Source of the DNA: Candidatus Gastranaerophilales bacterium
Lineage (GTDB): Bacteria > Cyanobacteriota > Vampirovibrionia > Gastranaerophilales > JAILCC01
Direction: 5' to 3'
Length of the DNA stretch: 64,000 nucleotides
Assembly (NCBI GenBank): GCA_028696075.1
Contig: JAQVHS010000007.1
Location: 26,603-90,602, forward strand
Below the pieces are notes generated by a model that was not told the DNA's origin, did no database searches, and saw only the letters and a list, made by a program, of their open reading frames with translations. A program made the translations under genes and the position numbers. Shown in pieces: positions 34,671 through 42,977 of this stretch (position 1 is the first letter of the stretch; each line of letters opens with the position of its first letter).

Positions 34671-35775
34671 ACTTAATATTGATATATTAAATACAGAAAA
34701 TACATCTTATCCTATTATAATAGGTGACGGAATTTTTTCTCAGACAGTTCAGTATCTGAAAGAACATCTGAGCGCCTCAAAAATCCTTATAGTTACAAAT
34801 ACCGTTGTTTTTAAGCTTTATGGCGAAAGGTTTACGGCTATACTTTCTCAGGCTGATTTTAGTTTTGATTTTTGTATTTTGGACGACGGTGAAAAGTATA
34901 AAAATGCTGCTGCGTTAGAAAAAATATTAAATAAGGCTTTTGAGAATAAGCTTGCCCGCTCGGATGCTTTTGTTGCTTTTGGCGGAGGGGTTACAGGTGA
35001 TATTACTGGATTTGCCGCTTCTATTTATTTACGCGGGATTGACTTTGTACAAATTCCCACAACGCTTCTGGCGCAGGTGGATAGCTCTGTCGGCGGCAAG
35101 ACCGGCATAAATAGTTCTTTCGGCAAAAACCTTATAGGTGCTTTTTATCAGCCTAAATTGGTACTTGCGGATGTAAAATTCTTAAACACTTTGCCTTTGA
35201 GCGAGTTTAAAACAGGGCTGGCAGAAGTTGTGAAATACGGCTTTATAGAAAAAAAGTGCGGTGAAGCTTTTGGTGATTTTTTGTCCTTCCTTGATAAAAA
35301 TAAATCAGCCGTTTTTGACCTTGATAGTGAAATAATGCCCAAAATTGTTTCTGAATGCTGTAAATTGAAGGCGGATGTGGTCAATAAAGATGAAAAAGAA
35401 AACGGATTAAGAGCTGTGTTGAACTTTGGACATACCATCGCTCATTCTATTGAAAAATGTACAAATTATAATATTTTTAACCATGGAGAAGCTGTGGCTA
35501 TAGGAATAAGAGGTGCTTTTGCTATTTCTAAAAAGTTAAACAAAATTGATGATGAATACTACAATTTTGCGATGAACTTGTTAGATTCTTACGGACTGAA
35601 ATATACTATTCCAAAAAACATTGCTGCAAATAAGCTTATTGATGCGCTTTCTTATGATAAAAAAATTCAAAACGGTAAAGTTCGCTTTGTCCTGCCTGTT
35701 GCTTACGGTGATGTAGAGATTTTTGATGATATAGAACGGATATTAATAGAAGAAATCTTAAATGAGTTGAAGTAA
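34657..35775 (+). CDS. aroB: 3-dehydroquinate synthase
   Basis: Motifs GGGVTGDITGFAAS, VDSSVGGKTGIN and NFGHTIAH are present. The gene overlaps aroK by 14 nt. Confidence 0.95.
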   Translation: MKNIKLNIDILNTENTSYPIIIGDGIFSQTVQYLKEHLSASKILIVTNTVVFKLYGERFTAILSQADFSFDFCILDDGEKYKNAAALEKILNKAFENKLARSDAFVAFGGGVTGDITGFAASIYLRGIDFVQIPTTLLAQVDSSVGGKTGINSSFGKNLIGAFYQPKLVLADVKFLNTLPLSEFKTGLAEVVKYGFIEKKCGEAFGDFLSFLDKNKSAVFDLDSEIMPKIVSECCKLKADVVNKDEKENGLRAVLNFGHTIAHSIEKCTNYNIFNHGEAVAIGIRGAFAISKKLNKIDDEYYNFAMNLLDSYGLKYTIPKNIAANKLIDALSYDKKIQNGKVRFVLPVAYGDVEIFDDIERILIEEILNELK

Positions 35776-36611
35776 TGGCTAAAATAAATAAAAATTTTTT
35801 CAAAATCATTGCTTACATTATTTTATTATCGGGTTGCACCATGATGATTTTCCCGTTTTTCTGGATGCTGGCTACCTCCTTAATGACCGAGGGTCAGATA
35901 TATTCATTCCCTCCTGAATTAATCCCTAATCCTCTTGTCAAATCAAATTATATTGAAGTTTATAAATCAATCCCCGTCGTTAAGTACTTTTTTAACAGCT
36001 TATTTGTAGCTTCGGTAACCACATTGGGTCAAATCATTATAGCGTCAATGAGCGGTTATGCCTTTGCCAGAATGGATTTTAAGTTCAAGGAACCTTTGTT
36101 TTTGCTTGTGCTTATGACAATGATGATACCGCCTCAGGTGAATATAATTCCTCTGTTTTTTGTAATGAAGGAATTACATTGGATAGACACAATGCAGGCA
36201 CTTATAGTGCCGGGGTTTTTTGGCGGTTTTGGTGTATTTTTAATGCGACAGTGGTTTAAAAGCCTGCCAAAGGGTTTGGAAGAATCTGCAAAAATAGACG
36301 GATGCAACCCTTTTCAAATATTTTTCAAAATAGCGTTACCTTTAGCATTGCCTGCTGTAGCAACTCTGAGCATTTTTACTTTTATTACGACATGGAATAG
36401 TTTTATGTGGCCTTTGATTGTTACAAATTCTGATAATATAAGAACTTTGCCTGTAGCGTTGGCGTCTTTTAGCGGGAGCTTCAGGGAAACAACGCAGTGG
36501 GGTCAGCTTATGGCTTGCGCCTTTATAACTACATTGCCTGCCGTTGTTATTTTTTTATTAGGGCAAAAGTACTTTATCAACGGGATTTTAGAGGGTGGAA
36601 TGAAAGAATAA
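35775..36611 (+). CDS. Carbohydrate-type ABC transporter permease (MalG/BPD_transp_1 family)
   Basis: The protein has six TM helices and the EAA loop EESAKIDGCNPFQIFFKIALPL. Its ATG overlaps the aroB TAA (TAATG). Confidence 0.85.
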   Translation: MAKINKNFFKIIAYIILLSGCTMMIFPFFWMLATSLMTEGQIYSFPPELIPNPLVKSNYIEVYKSIPVVKYFFNSLFVASVTTLGQIIIASMSGYAFARMDFKFKEPLFLLVLMTMMIPPQVNIIPLFFVMKELHWIDTMQALIVPGFFGGFGVFLMRQWFKSLPKGLEESAKIDGCNPFQIFFKIALPLALPAVATLSIFTFITTWNSFMWPLIVTNSDNIRTLPVALASFSGSFRETTQWGQLMACAFITTLPAVVIFLLGQKYFINGILEGGMKE

Positions 36612-36725
36612 TTTATATAGCCGTGCTGGTTTTTAAATATTCCCCAATTGTCTAATTGCATATTAGCTTACCCATAGTTATTATAGGATGAGGCTGGAGA
36701 TTAACGGGAGTCTTATGAGAGTTAT

Positions 36726-38180
36726 ATGAGTAATATTTTAGCACTGAATGAGTTTGAAAAAATTGATAGTAATATGGGTAAAAACGTTCTTATAGTTGAG
36801 GATAGCGATATGAATCTTCAATTGTTAGCCGAGATTATCGAAAATTTAGGTTGTAATCCTACGGCTTGCTACAGCTGTGTTGAAGCTTTGGAACATTTGA
36901 ATAAAGAAGCATTTGATCTTATTCTTCTTGATATTATGATGCCGAATATGAACGGGTATAAATTGCTTGAAGAGCTGAAAAAGATACCCTTGAATTCCGA
37001 AACACCTGTGTTCATTATTAGCGCACTTTCTGAAACAAAAGATGTGGTAAGAGGTTTAAAATCAGGCTCCTGGGGTTATGTAACAAAGCCGTTCAAGGTG
37101 CATGAGCTGAGTGCAAGAATTGAATCGTTGTTTAAAATTATTGATTTACAAAACGAGCTGAAAAGGGATAAGGAAATCTTGCACAATATTAATGAATTCA
37201 GCAACGATGCTATTGTTATGCTGGATAGAAATAATGTCATTATATCAAGCAGCAAGAAGTTTAATTCCTGGTTCCCCAAGAAAAAAATACTGGGGTGTGA
37301 TTTTTTACGAATAATGCAAACAATTACTCTGTTGCCCGATGATTTTCTGCAAGAAAAGAATTATTTTTTGAAATTAGAGCTTGATAATTCCGAGAGAATT
37401 TTAGATGTCTATACGTCGGAAATTTTTAATGAGCAAAATGGAAACGATGGACACATACTTATTATGAGAGATGTTACAGATGAAAAAATGCTAGAGGTTC
37501 AGAAGGATAACTTCATCGCTACCCTCACGCATGATTTGAAAACACCAATCAGGGCGGAGATTTTGTCTTTAGAACTTCTGCTTAAGGGCCGTTTTGGCGA
37601 ATTAACAAACGAACAGAGTGAAATTCTCGGTGAAATGCTTAATTCCAGCCGGTTTATGTTTTCCATGCTGGATACATTGCTTGCTAAATATAAATACGAA
37701 ACTGACAGCGTTTCACTTAATTTTTCAAAATTTGATATTAATTTGCTCATACGAAGCTGCATAAAAGAGCTGAAATATTTATTCCAGGAAAAACATTTGG
37801 AAGTTGTTTTAAATTTGAGGAAAGAGCCTGTAAATATTAAAGCCGATTATGTTGAGATAAAAAGGGCAATTACTAATTTATTATCGAATGCCATTAAATT
37901 TAATGTGGAAAAAGGCAGGGTATTAATATCTTCTTCCGTTAAGGATGATAAATTGATTTTAAAAATATCAGATACAGGGAAGGGCATTCCCAAGGAAAAA
38001 TCAGCATACATTTTTGACAGATATTTCAGCTATGCAAAAAAATTCAGACAATTTGGCACCGGTTTAGGGCTTTACGTTACAAAGAAAATCATTGATTCAC
38101 ATAACGGAACAATAACCGTAAATTCTAAAGAAGGCGTAGGAACAGAGTTTACTATAGATTTGCCTTTAGAGTCGGCTTAA
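36726..38180 (+). CDS. Hybrid response-regulator receiver / PAS / histidine kinase
   Basis: The REC domain reads VLIVEDSDMN...DLILLDIMMPNMNGY...PVFIISA. After a PAS-like region the H-box is FIATLTHDLKTPI, the N-box is LLSNAIKFN, and the G boxes are DTGKGI and GTGLGLYV. There is no TM helix. Confidence 0.85.
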   Translation: MSNILALNEFEKIDSNMGKNVLIVEDSDMNLQLLAEIIENLGCNPTACYSCVEALEHLNKEAFDLILLDIMMPNMNGYKLLEELKKIPLNSETPVFIISALSETKDVVRGLKSGSWGYVTKPFKVHELSARIESLFKIIDLQNELKRDKEILHNINEFSNDAIVMLDRNNVIISSSKKFNSWFPKKKILGCDFLRIMQTITLLPDDFLQEKNYFLKLELDNSERILDVYTSEIFNEQNGNDGHILIMRDVTDEKMLEVQKDNFIATLTHDLKTPIRAEILSLELLLKGRFGELTNEQSEILGEMLNSSRFMFSMLDTLLAKYKYETDSVSLNFSKFDINLLIRSCIKELKYLFQEKHLEVVLNLRKEPVNIKADYVEIKRAITNLLSNAIKFNVEKGRVLISSSVKDDKLILKISDTGKGIPKEKSAYIFDRYFSYAKKFRQFGTGLGLYVTKKIIDSHNGTITVNSKEGVGTEFTIDLPLESA

Positions 38181-38182
38181 TA

Positions 38183-39877
38183 TTATTCTTCCTCTTCTTC
38201 GTTGTCAACATCTACGTTAATAGCGTTATTAGCGGCGGACATATTTTTATTGGAATATTTTGCAAGCTCTTCATTTTTTAGCTGTGCTGAGAACGTGCTG
38301 AATTGAGATTGATTTGCTGTTTGCTGTTTATCTTGATTTGATGTTTTTTGTGTGTTATTTGATTGTGATTGGGTAGTTTTGCTTGTTTTGTTGCTGAAAT
38401 TTGTTGTGAAGCCTGTGTTATCAACTTGTTTTTGTGATTCTGATTTAACATCTTGGGCTTTTTCAAGAACTTGTTGCAGTGAATTCATTTGGGCATTCAA
38501 CGAACTAACATGTTCAGTGCAGTTTTCTTTGTTCTTTTCAAGCTTCTTTTTATTAACTTCAAGTTGATCTTTATTATCTTCAAGCTTGGATAATTTCTTT
38601 TCAAGTTTTGCTATTTTAGCATCATTGCTGCCGTCGTCGTTATCATCTTCAAGCTCTTCTATCTCATCTTTTGTATCAGTGATAGCTGTTTTTGTGTCAT
38701 CTAAATTCCTTGTGGTTTTGTATAAGTTATTTTCTGTTTGCTGGGCTTGTTTTTCTGTTTTGCCTATACCTGTTGTAACGTTATTCATTTCATTCTTGAC
38801 GTCTTTTTCTGCAACTTTTGATTCATCCAGTGAGTTTTGTGAAACTTCTTTTCTTTCGGATTTAGAAAGATTAGATGTATCTTTTGTTTCTATATCTTGG
38901 TATTTTTGAGCAACATCATTTGTTGATTTATTGATAAAGTTCAACGACATTACATTACCGGGGTTTTTATTCTCAATGCCGGACTTGCCTCCTTTTGAAG
39001 CAGAAGCGCTTGTTTTTGCCCGGTTAATGGCATCATTCATATATTGGGTGGATGATTGGTTTTCTTTGCCGGAAGAGGCGGTTTTTGCTTCTTCTGATTT
39101 TTTATTATCAGCTTGAAGTTTTTGTCCGAATGACATATTTTCTTCAACATTTTGAGAATCTTTCAGTAAGGATTGACCGAATGATAAATTTTCGGTTTCT
39201 GTTTCTTGCTGTGGTGTTTTTTGAGTTTCTTCCGCTTGTTGTTCCGGGTTTACATTTTGGGAATTATTTAATTTTTCTGCAAAGTTTTGCTCTGATGCTT
39301 TGTTATTAACGTTTGTATTTTTAAGGAAAGGATTTGATTGTGTTGAAGACTGAATTCCTTGTGATGCCTGATTATTGTTGTCGACATTAGGACTGCCTTG
39401 TGCTGCCGTATTCTGAGTTTGTTTGGATGCTCCTAATTCAAGTCCTAAACCTTGGGCATAGTCTTCTGTTTTGATACCTGATTGAGGAATTATATTGTTT
39501 ATATTCTGTTTAAGAAAATCGCCTATTTGCGAAAAATTAAATCCCTGTGATTTTTGTGATTGCTGATTAGCAAAGATACTTTCATTAGGATTATTGGAAA
39601 CAGCCTGATTTTCGCCTGAGAATATATCAATATTTTGATTGGGGTTCTGAGCCGCTGCTGTTTTGTCATTACCGTTGACTTTTGGGGTATTGGGATTAGT
39701 TACGGCAGGATTCTCTCCAAAAAGGCTTGCGTTTGCACTGCCGGCTGAAGCTTGATTTTCACCTGAGAAAATATCAACCATTTTATCTGAGGAATCTTGT
39801 CCTTGTTGTAGAGGGTTAACTCCGCCTTGTTGTTTTAATTTTAAAAATAAATCGTTTTGAACATTATTGGAAGCCAT
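38183..39877 (-). CDS. Hypothetical Q/N/S-rich, probably disordered protein with a central coiled coil
   Basis: The ORF is 564 aa. Short repeats occur twice each (DIFSGENQA; LSFGQSLL/MSFGQKLQ). A heptad-like K/E/L stretch reads KIAKLEKKLSKLEDNKDQLEVNKKKLEKNKE. The tail DVDNEEEEE is acidic. I recognise no family. Confidence 0.6.
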   Translation of the reverse strand: MASNNVQNDLFLKLKQQGGVNPLQQGQDSSDKMVDIFSGENQASAGSANASLFGENPAVTNPNTPKVNGNDKTAAAQNPNQNIDIFSGENQAVSNNPNESIFANQQSQKSQGFNFSQIGDFLKQNINNIIPQSGIKTEDYAQGLGLELGASKQTQNTAAQGSPNVDNNNQASQGIQSSTQSNPFLKNTNVNNKASEQNFAEKLNNSQNVNPEQQAEETQKTPQQETETENLSFGQSLLKDSQNVEENMSFGQKLQADNKKSEEAKTASSGKENQSSTQYMNDAINRAKTSASASKGGKSGIENKNPGNVMSLNFINKSTNDVAQKYQDIETKDTSNLSKSERKEVSQNSLDESKVAEKDVKNEMNNVTTGIGKTEKQAQQTENNLYKTTRNLDDTKTAITDTKDEIEELEDDNDDGSNDAKIAKLEKKLSKLEDNKDQLEVNKKKLEKNKENCTEHVSSLNAQMNSLQQVLEKAQDVKSESQKQVDNTGFTTNFSNKTSKTTQSQSNNTQKTSNQDKQQTANQSQFSTFSAQLKNEELAKYSNKNMSAANNAINVDVDNEEEEE

Positions 39878-39917
39878 GTCTAATCTCTCTTATTTTGTAA
39901 TCTTATATATATAAAAT

Positions 39918-39954
39918 AAATCACGAGTATATAATTGCTATATACTCGTGATTT
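39918..39954. promoter_or_regulatory. Perfect 16-bp inverted repeat between divergent genes
   Basis: AAATCACGAGTATATA (39918-39933), a 5-nt spacer attgc, then TATATACTCGTGATTT (39939-39954). The flanks are AT-rich (ataaaat on the left; tt then attaag on the right, which with the arm's terminal ttt gives a T5 run). It lies 41 nt upstream of the ATG at 39877. Confidence 0.7.
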
Positions 39955-40058
39955 TTATTAAGATATGTTAACTTTATAATCTAATATTCTTAAATGATGA
40001 CTTCCTGATGAAAATAATTATAATATTATAGTGTTGGAAAGTGAAAGGTTAGATAGCT

Positions 40059-40574
40059 ATGTATGATAAAACAAAAACATCACAGGTTTTTTTAAATGCC
40101 CAAAGCGGGGTGCAAAATGCGCTTCAATATCTGTATAAAAACAATACGGAAGTTACGCAGCAGACGGTAACTTCAAATATATACAACAATACAACGGGAG
40201 TGAATTCTCAATTTTTCCAAATGATAAACGGACAATTTTCTAATTTAGATACTGATAACGATGGTAACTTATCGCAAGAAGAAGCAAATGAGATGCTTAC
40301 AAACCTGTCAAGCGGATTAACGCGTGATCAGGTACTGCAAATGCAGACAGTAGGAAGTATAGATTCTGAGCTTGCCGAGAAAATCCTTTCTAACTTCGCA
40401 AAAATGGATACAAACGGCGACGGAAAAGTTTCAGAATCTGAAATAAATGCCTTTTGCGCTACCGAAGAACTGGAAAACAAAAAAGCTGAGCAAAAAGATT
40501 TAATGATTAAAAACATGTCGATGTATTATGGAAGTTCAAGTTCTTCATCGGTTAGTGAAACTCAAGAAGTATAA
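40059..40574 (+). CDS. EF-hand calcium-binding protein
   Basis: Two canonical 12-residue EF loops are present: DTDNDGNLSQEE and DTNGDGKVSESE. Length is 171 aa, with a Ser-rich tail. Confidence 0.7.
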   Translation: MYDKTKTSQVFLNAQSGVQNALQYLYKNNTEVTQQTVTSNIYNNTTGVNSQFFQMINGQFSNLDTDNDGNLSQEEANEMLTNLSSGLTRDQVLQMQTVGSIDSELAEKILSNFAKMDTNGDGKVSESEINAFCATEELENKKAEQKDLMIKNMSMYYGSSSSSSVSETQEV

Positions 40575-40580
40575 TTCATA

Positions 40581-40607
40581 AAAAGAGGAGGTTTGACCTC
40601 CTCTTTT
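40581..40607. terminator. Bidirectional intrinsic terminator between the convergent EF-hand gene and era
   Basis: aaaaGAGGAGG-tttga-CCTCCTCtttt gives a 7-bp GC-rich core extendable to 11 bp, with an A-run and a T-run flanking it. It overlaps the era stop codon. Confidence 0.65.
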
Positions 40608-41505
40608 AGTTTTCTAATGCATAACCGAATGCCTTGAGAGAGTTGGTTTTTTTTCTCCACTTATCGGTTACTTTTACAAAAAGTTCCAAAAACACTTTAT
40701 TTTCTACTAAAGCTTCTATTTCTTCTCTGGCTTTTGTGCCGATTTTTTTTAACATAGCGCCGTTTTTGCCTATGATTATTCCTTTTTGAGAATCATGTTC
40801 AACATGTATAGAGGCCTGGATTTTCGTAATTTTGGGTGTTTCCTCAAACTTTTCTATCACAACGGCGCAGCTGTGAGGAACTTCGTCCTGAGTAAGAAGC
40901 AATATTTTTTCACGTATTATTTCCTGTGCTATAAGGCGGATATTTTGGTCTGTAACCATATCATCATCGTAGTATTTCGGACCTTTTGGCAGTTGGCGTA
41001 TTATATTTTTAATAAGATTGTCCACATTCTTTCCTGTTTTGGCGGAAATATTAACCGCAACAGGGTCAAACCCAGCAAGCAATACTTTGTAGGCTGCTAT
41101 ATTTTCTTTCTTTTTTTGTTCATCTTTTATTAAGTCCAGCTTATTTATAACTAATATTATTTTGGTGTTTTTATTAAGCAGGTTATCTATAATCCACCTA
41201 TCGCCCGAACCCGGCGGCACAGAGCCGTCTGTCAGAAGCACTGTTACATCGCATTCTGCTGCAGCGTTCTTTATTTCGTCCGCTAAATATTCACCCAGCT
41301 TATACTTTGGCTTATGTACTCCCGGGGTATCAATGAAAACAATTTGTCCGTTTTCGTCGGTATAGACGCCTTTTAGACGTTGTCTGGTGGTTTGGGGTTT
41401 GTCGCTTGTTATTACAATTTTTTGCCCGATTATTTTATTCAACAGGGTTGATTTACCCACGTTTGTTCTGCCTAATATTGTTACAAAGCCTGATTTGAAT
41501 GCCAT
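40606..41505 (-). CDS. era: GTPase Era
   Basis: G1 is GRTNVGKST, G3 is DTPG and G4 is NKLD. The C-terminal KH domain reads IIGKNGAMLKKIG. Length is 299 aa. Confidence 0.95.
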   Translation of the reverse strand: MAFKSGFVTILGRTNVGKSTLLNKIIGQKIVITSDKPQTTRQRLKGVYTDENGQIVFIDTPGVHKPKYKLGEYLADEIKNAAAECDVTVLLTDGSVPPGSGDRWIIDNLLNKNTKIILVINKLDLIKDEQKKKENIAAYKVLLAGFDPVAVNISAKTGKNVDNLIKNIIRQLPKGPKYYDDDMVTDQNIRLIAQEIIREKILLLTQDEVPHSCAVVIEKFEETPKITKIQASIHVEHDSQKGIIIGKNGAMLKKIGTKAREEIEALVENKVFLELFVKVTDKWRKKTNSLKAFGYALEN

Positions 41506-41506
41506 T

Positions 41507-42238
41507 TTAATCCCTTTTCTTTGATAGATGAATTACAATCTTATACCACACTGCGAAAATAAAAAATACAATAGCAAAAGCAACAATTTCCGCAGGGGAT
41601 ATTATAAAAAATGCAATGATACCAAGCGCTATTAATGCTTGTTTTTTATATTTCACTAAGGTTGCATAGTTAAAGAATACTTCTTTTTTTACCAATTGTT
41701 TTACTACAGGCAGCAACAACAGCAGCATTACCAAATATATATTAAAGCAAATTGTTGAAATAAAAGACGATATATTTACGGAAAATTCCGCTATATTCAA
41801 GTTAAGCCCGTAAAGCAAAAACAACTGAAGAGGGATTAAAATTTTGTAAGACAGAAAAACCGAAAGAAGTGCTGAAACCACCAAAATAAGTGATAAAAGA
41901 AACAAATTTGATTTATCTTGAAGATTATTTATGTTGACTTTCATTTTACCGAATTGATATACAAAAAACGGGAAGTTTACAAATACCGAAAATAAAAAAC
42001 CGAACTTCAAATAGTTAAAAAGCATCTCATACGGGTAAAGCTGCAAGAAATTAATTTTAAAGGGAATATTGCTCTCAAAGAATTTAATGATGAAGGCGGC
42101 AAAAAAGAAACCGACAAACCACATCAAAAAAAATATAAGCACAATACTGAAAACTCTTATTTTATACTTGTAAAACGGCTGCAGCCATTCATCTATTTTA
42201 TCTATTATATCTTTGTCTTGAGTATTCATAAAGTACAA
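41507..42238 (-). CDS. Divergent TatC-like polytopic membrane protein
   Basis: The protein is 243 aa with about six TM helices. QLYPYEMLFNYLKFGFLFSVFVNFPFFVYQF aligns by eye with E. coli TatC [33 protein letters not shown] aligns with LTPPD. The loop after YQ lacks the usual P-x-L-x-x-x-E. Confidence 0.45.
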   Translation of the reverse strand: MYFMNTQDKDIIDKIDEWLQPFYKYKIRVFSIVLIFFLMWFVGFFFAAFIIKFFESNIPFKINFLQLYPYEMLFNYLKFGFLFSVFVNFPFFVYQFGKMKVNINNLQDKSNLFLLSLILVVSALLSVFLSYKILIPLQLFLLYGLNLNIAEFSVNISSFISTICFNIYLVMLLLLLPVVKQLVKKEVFFNYATLVKYKKQALIALGIIAFFIISPAEIVAFAIVFFIFAVWYKIVIHLSKKRD

Positions 42239-42977
42239 CTCCTGTTGAGATACTAAGGTTTAGAGATTCCACGGCCTTTTCCATTGGTATTGTTACATAA
42301 ATATCCGCAAATTGCAGCAGCTTATCGGATAGTCCTTCGGCTTCAGACCCAAACATAAAGGCTACGGGTGTTCTTAAATCGACATTTTCGAGTACTTGCG
42401 GGTTCAGGGTTTTGTCGAGCGATGTAGCCAAAAATTTATGAAGAGCAAAGTATTTTTTTATTTCGTCAATAGACTTTGCTTTATAAAAAGGGAGGGAAAA
42501 CAAATACCCTACAGATGAGCGGACAACTTTGGGTGAATATATATCAACACTTTCACCGCAAAGAACAATGCCGTCCATACCGAAAGCACAGGCGGTTCTT
42601 ATTATGGTGCCTAAATTCCCGGCATCTTTTATATTTTCAAGTATTAATATCGCACTGTTTTTTTGCGGAATTTTATTTATATTATTTTCAAGCTGTCCTG
42701 CCACGGCAATAATGGGCGGAGCGCTTTTTGTATCAGAGAGTTTGTGCAGGATTTTTTCATCAACAATGTGAATATCAGCATTTTTGTACTGCTCTGCCAA
42801 AGCCGTATTATTTTTATTTATAAAAACATGTTTAAGCGCTATACCTTTGCTTAAAGCTTCTTCGCAGGCTTTTTGTCCCTCAATTAAAAACAATCCCGTT
42901 TCATCTCTGTATTTTTTTTGCAAAAGTTTTGCCGTTGTTTTTACCAATTCATTGTTTAAACTTGTTATTTCATCCAT
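42198..42977 (-). CDS. TrmH/SpoU-family RNA 2'-O-methyltransferase
   Basis: SpoU motifs are present: LENIKDAGNLGTIIRTA, FGSEAEGLS and IPM...ESLNLSISTGVVLYE. The protein has an N-terminal substrate-binding-type domain. Confidence 0.85.
   Translation of the reverse strand: MDEITSLNNELVKTTAKLLQKKYRDETGLFLIEGQKACEEALSKGIALKHVFINKNNTALAEQYKNADIHIVDEKILHKLSDTKSAPPIIAVAGQLENNINKIPQKNSAILILENIKDAGNLGTIIRTACAFGMDGIVLCGESVDIYSPKVVRSSVGYLFSLPFYKAKSIDEIKKYFALHKFLATSLDKTLNPQVLENVDLRTPVAFMFGSEAEGLSDKLLQFADIYVTIPMEKAVESLNLSISTGVVLYEYSRQRYNR

Noticed and set aside
38278-39309. Six small ORFs of 61-107 aa nested in or antisense to the 564-aa Q/N-rich gene.
   Set aside because: They are products of the compositional bias of the region. 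The single long minus-strand frame with internal motif duplications and a coiled coil is the most parsimonious gene model, although its own function is unknown.
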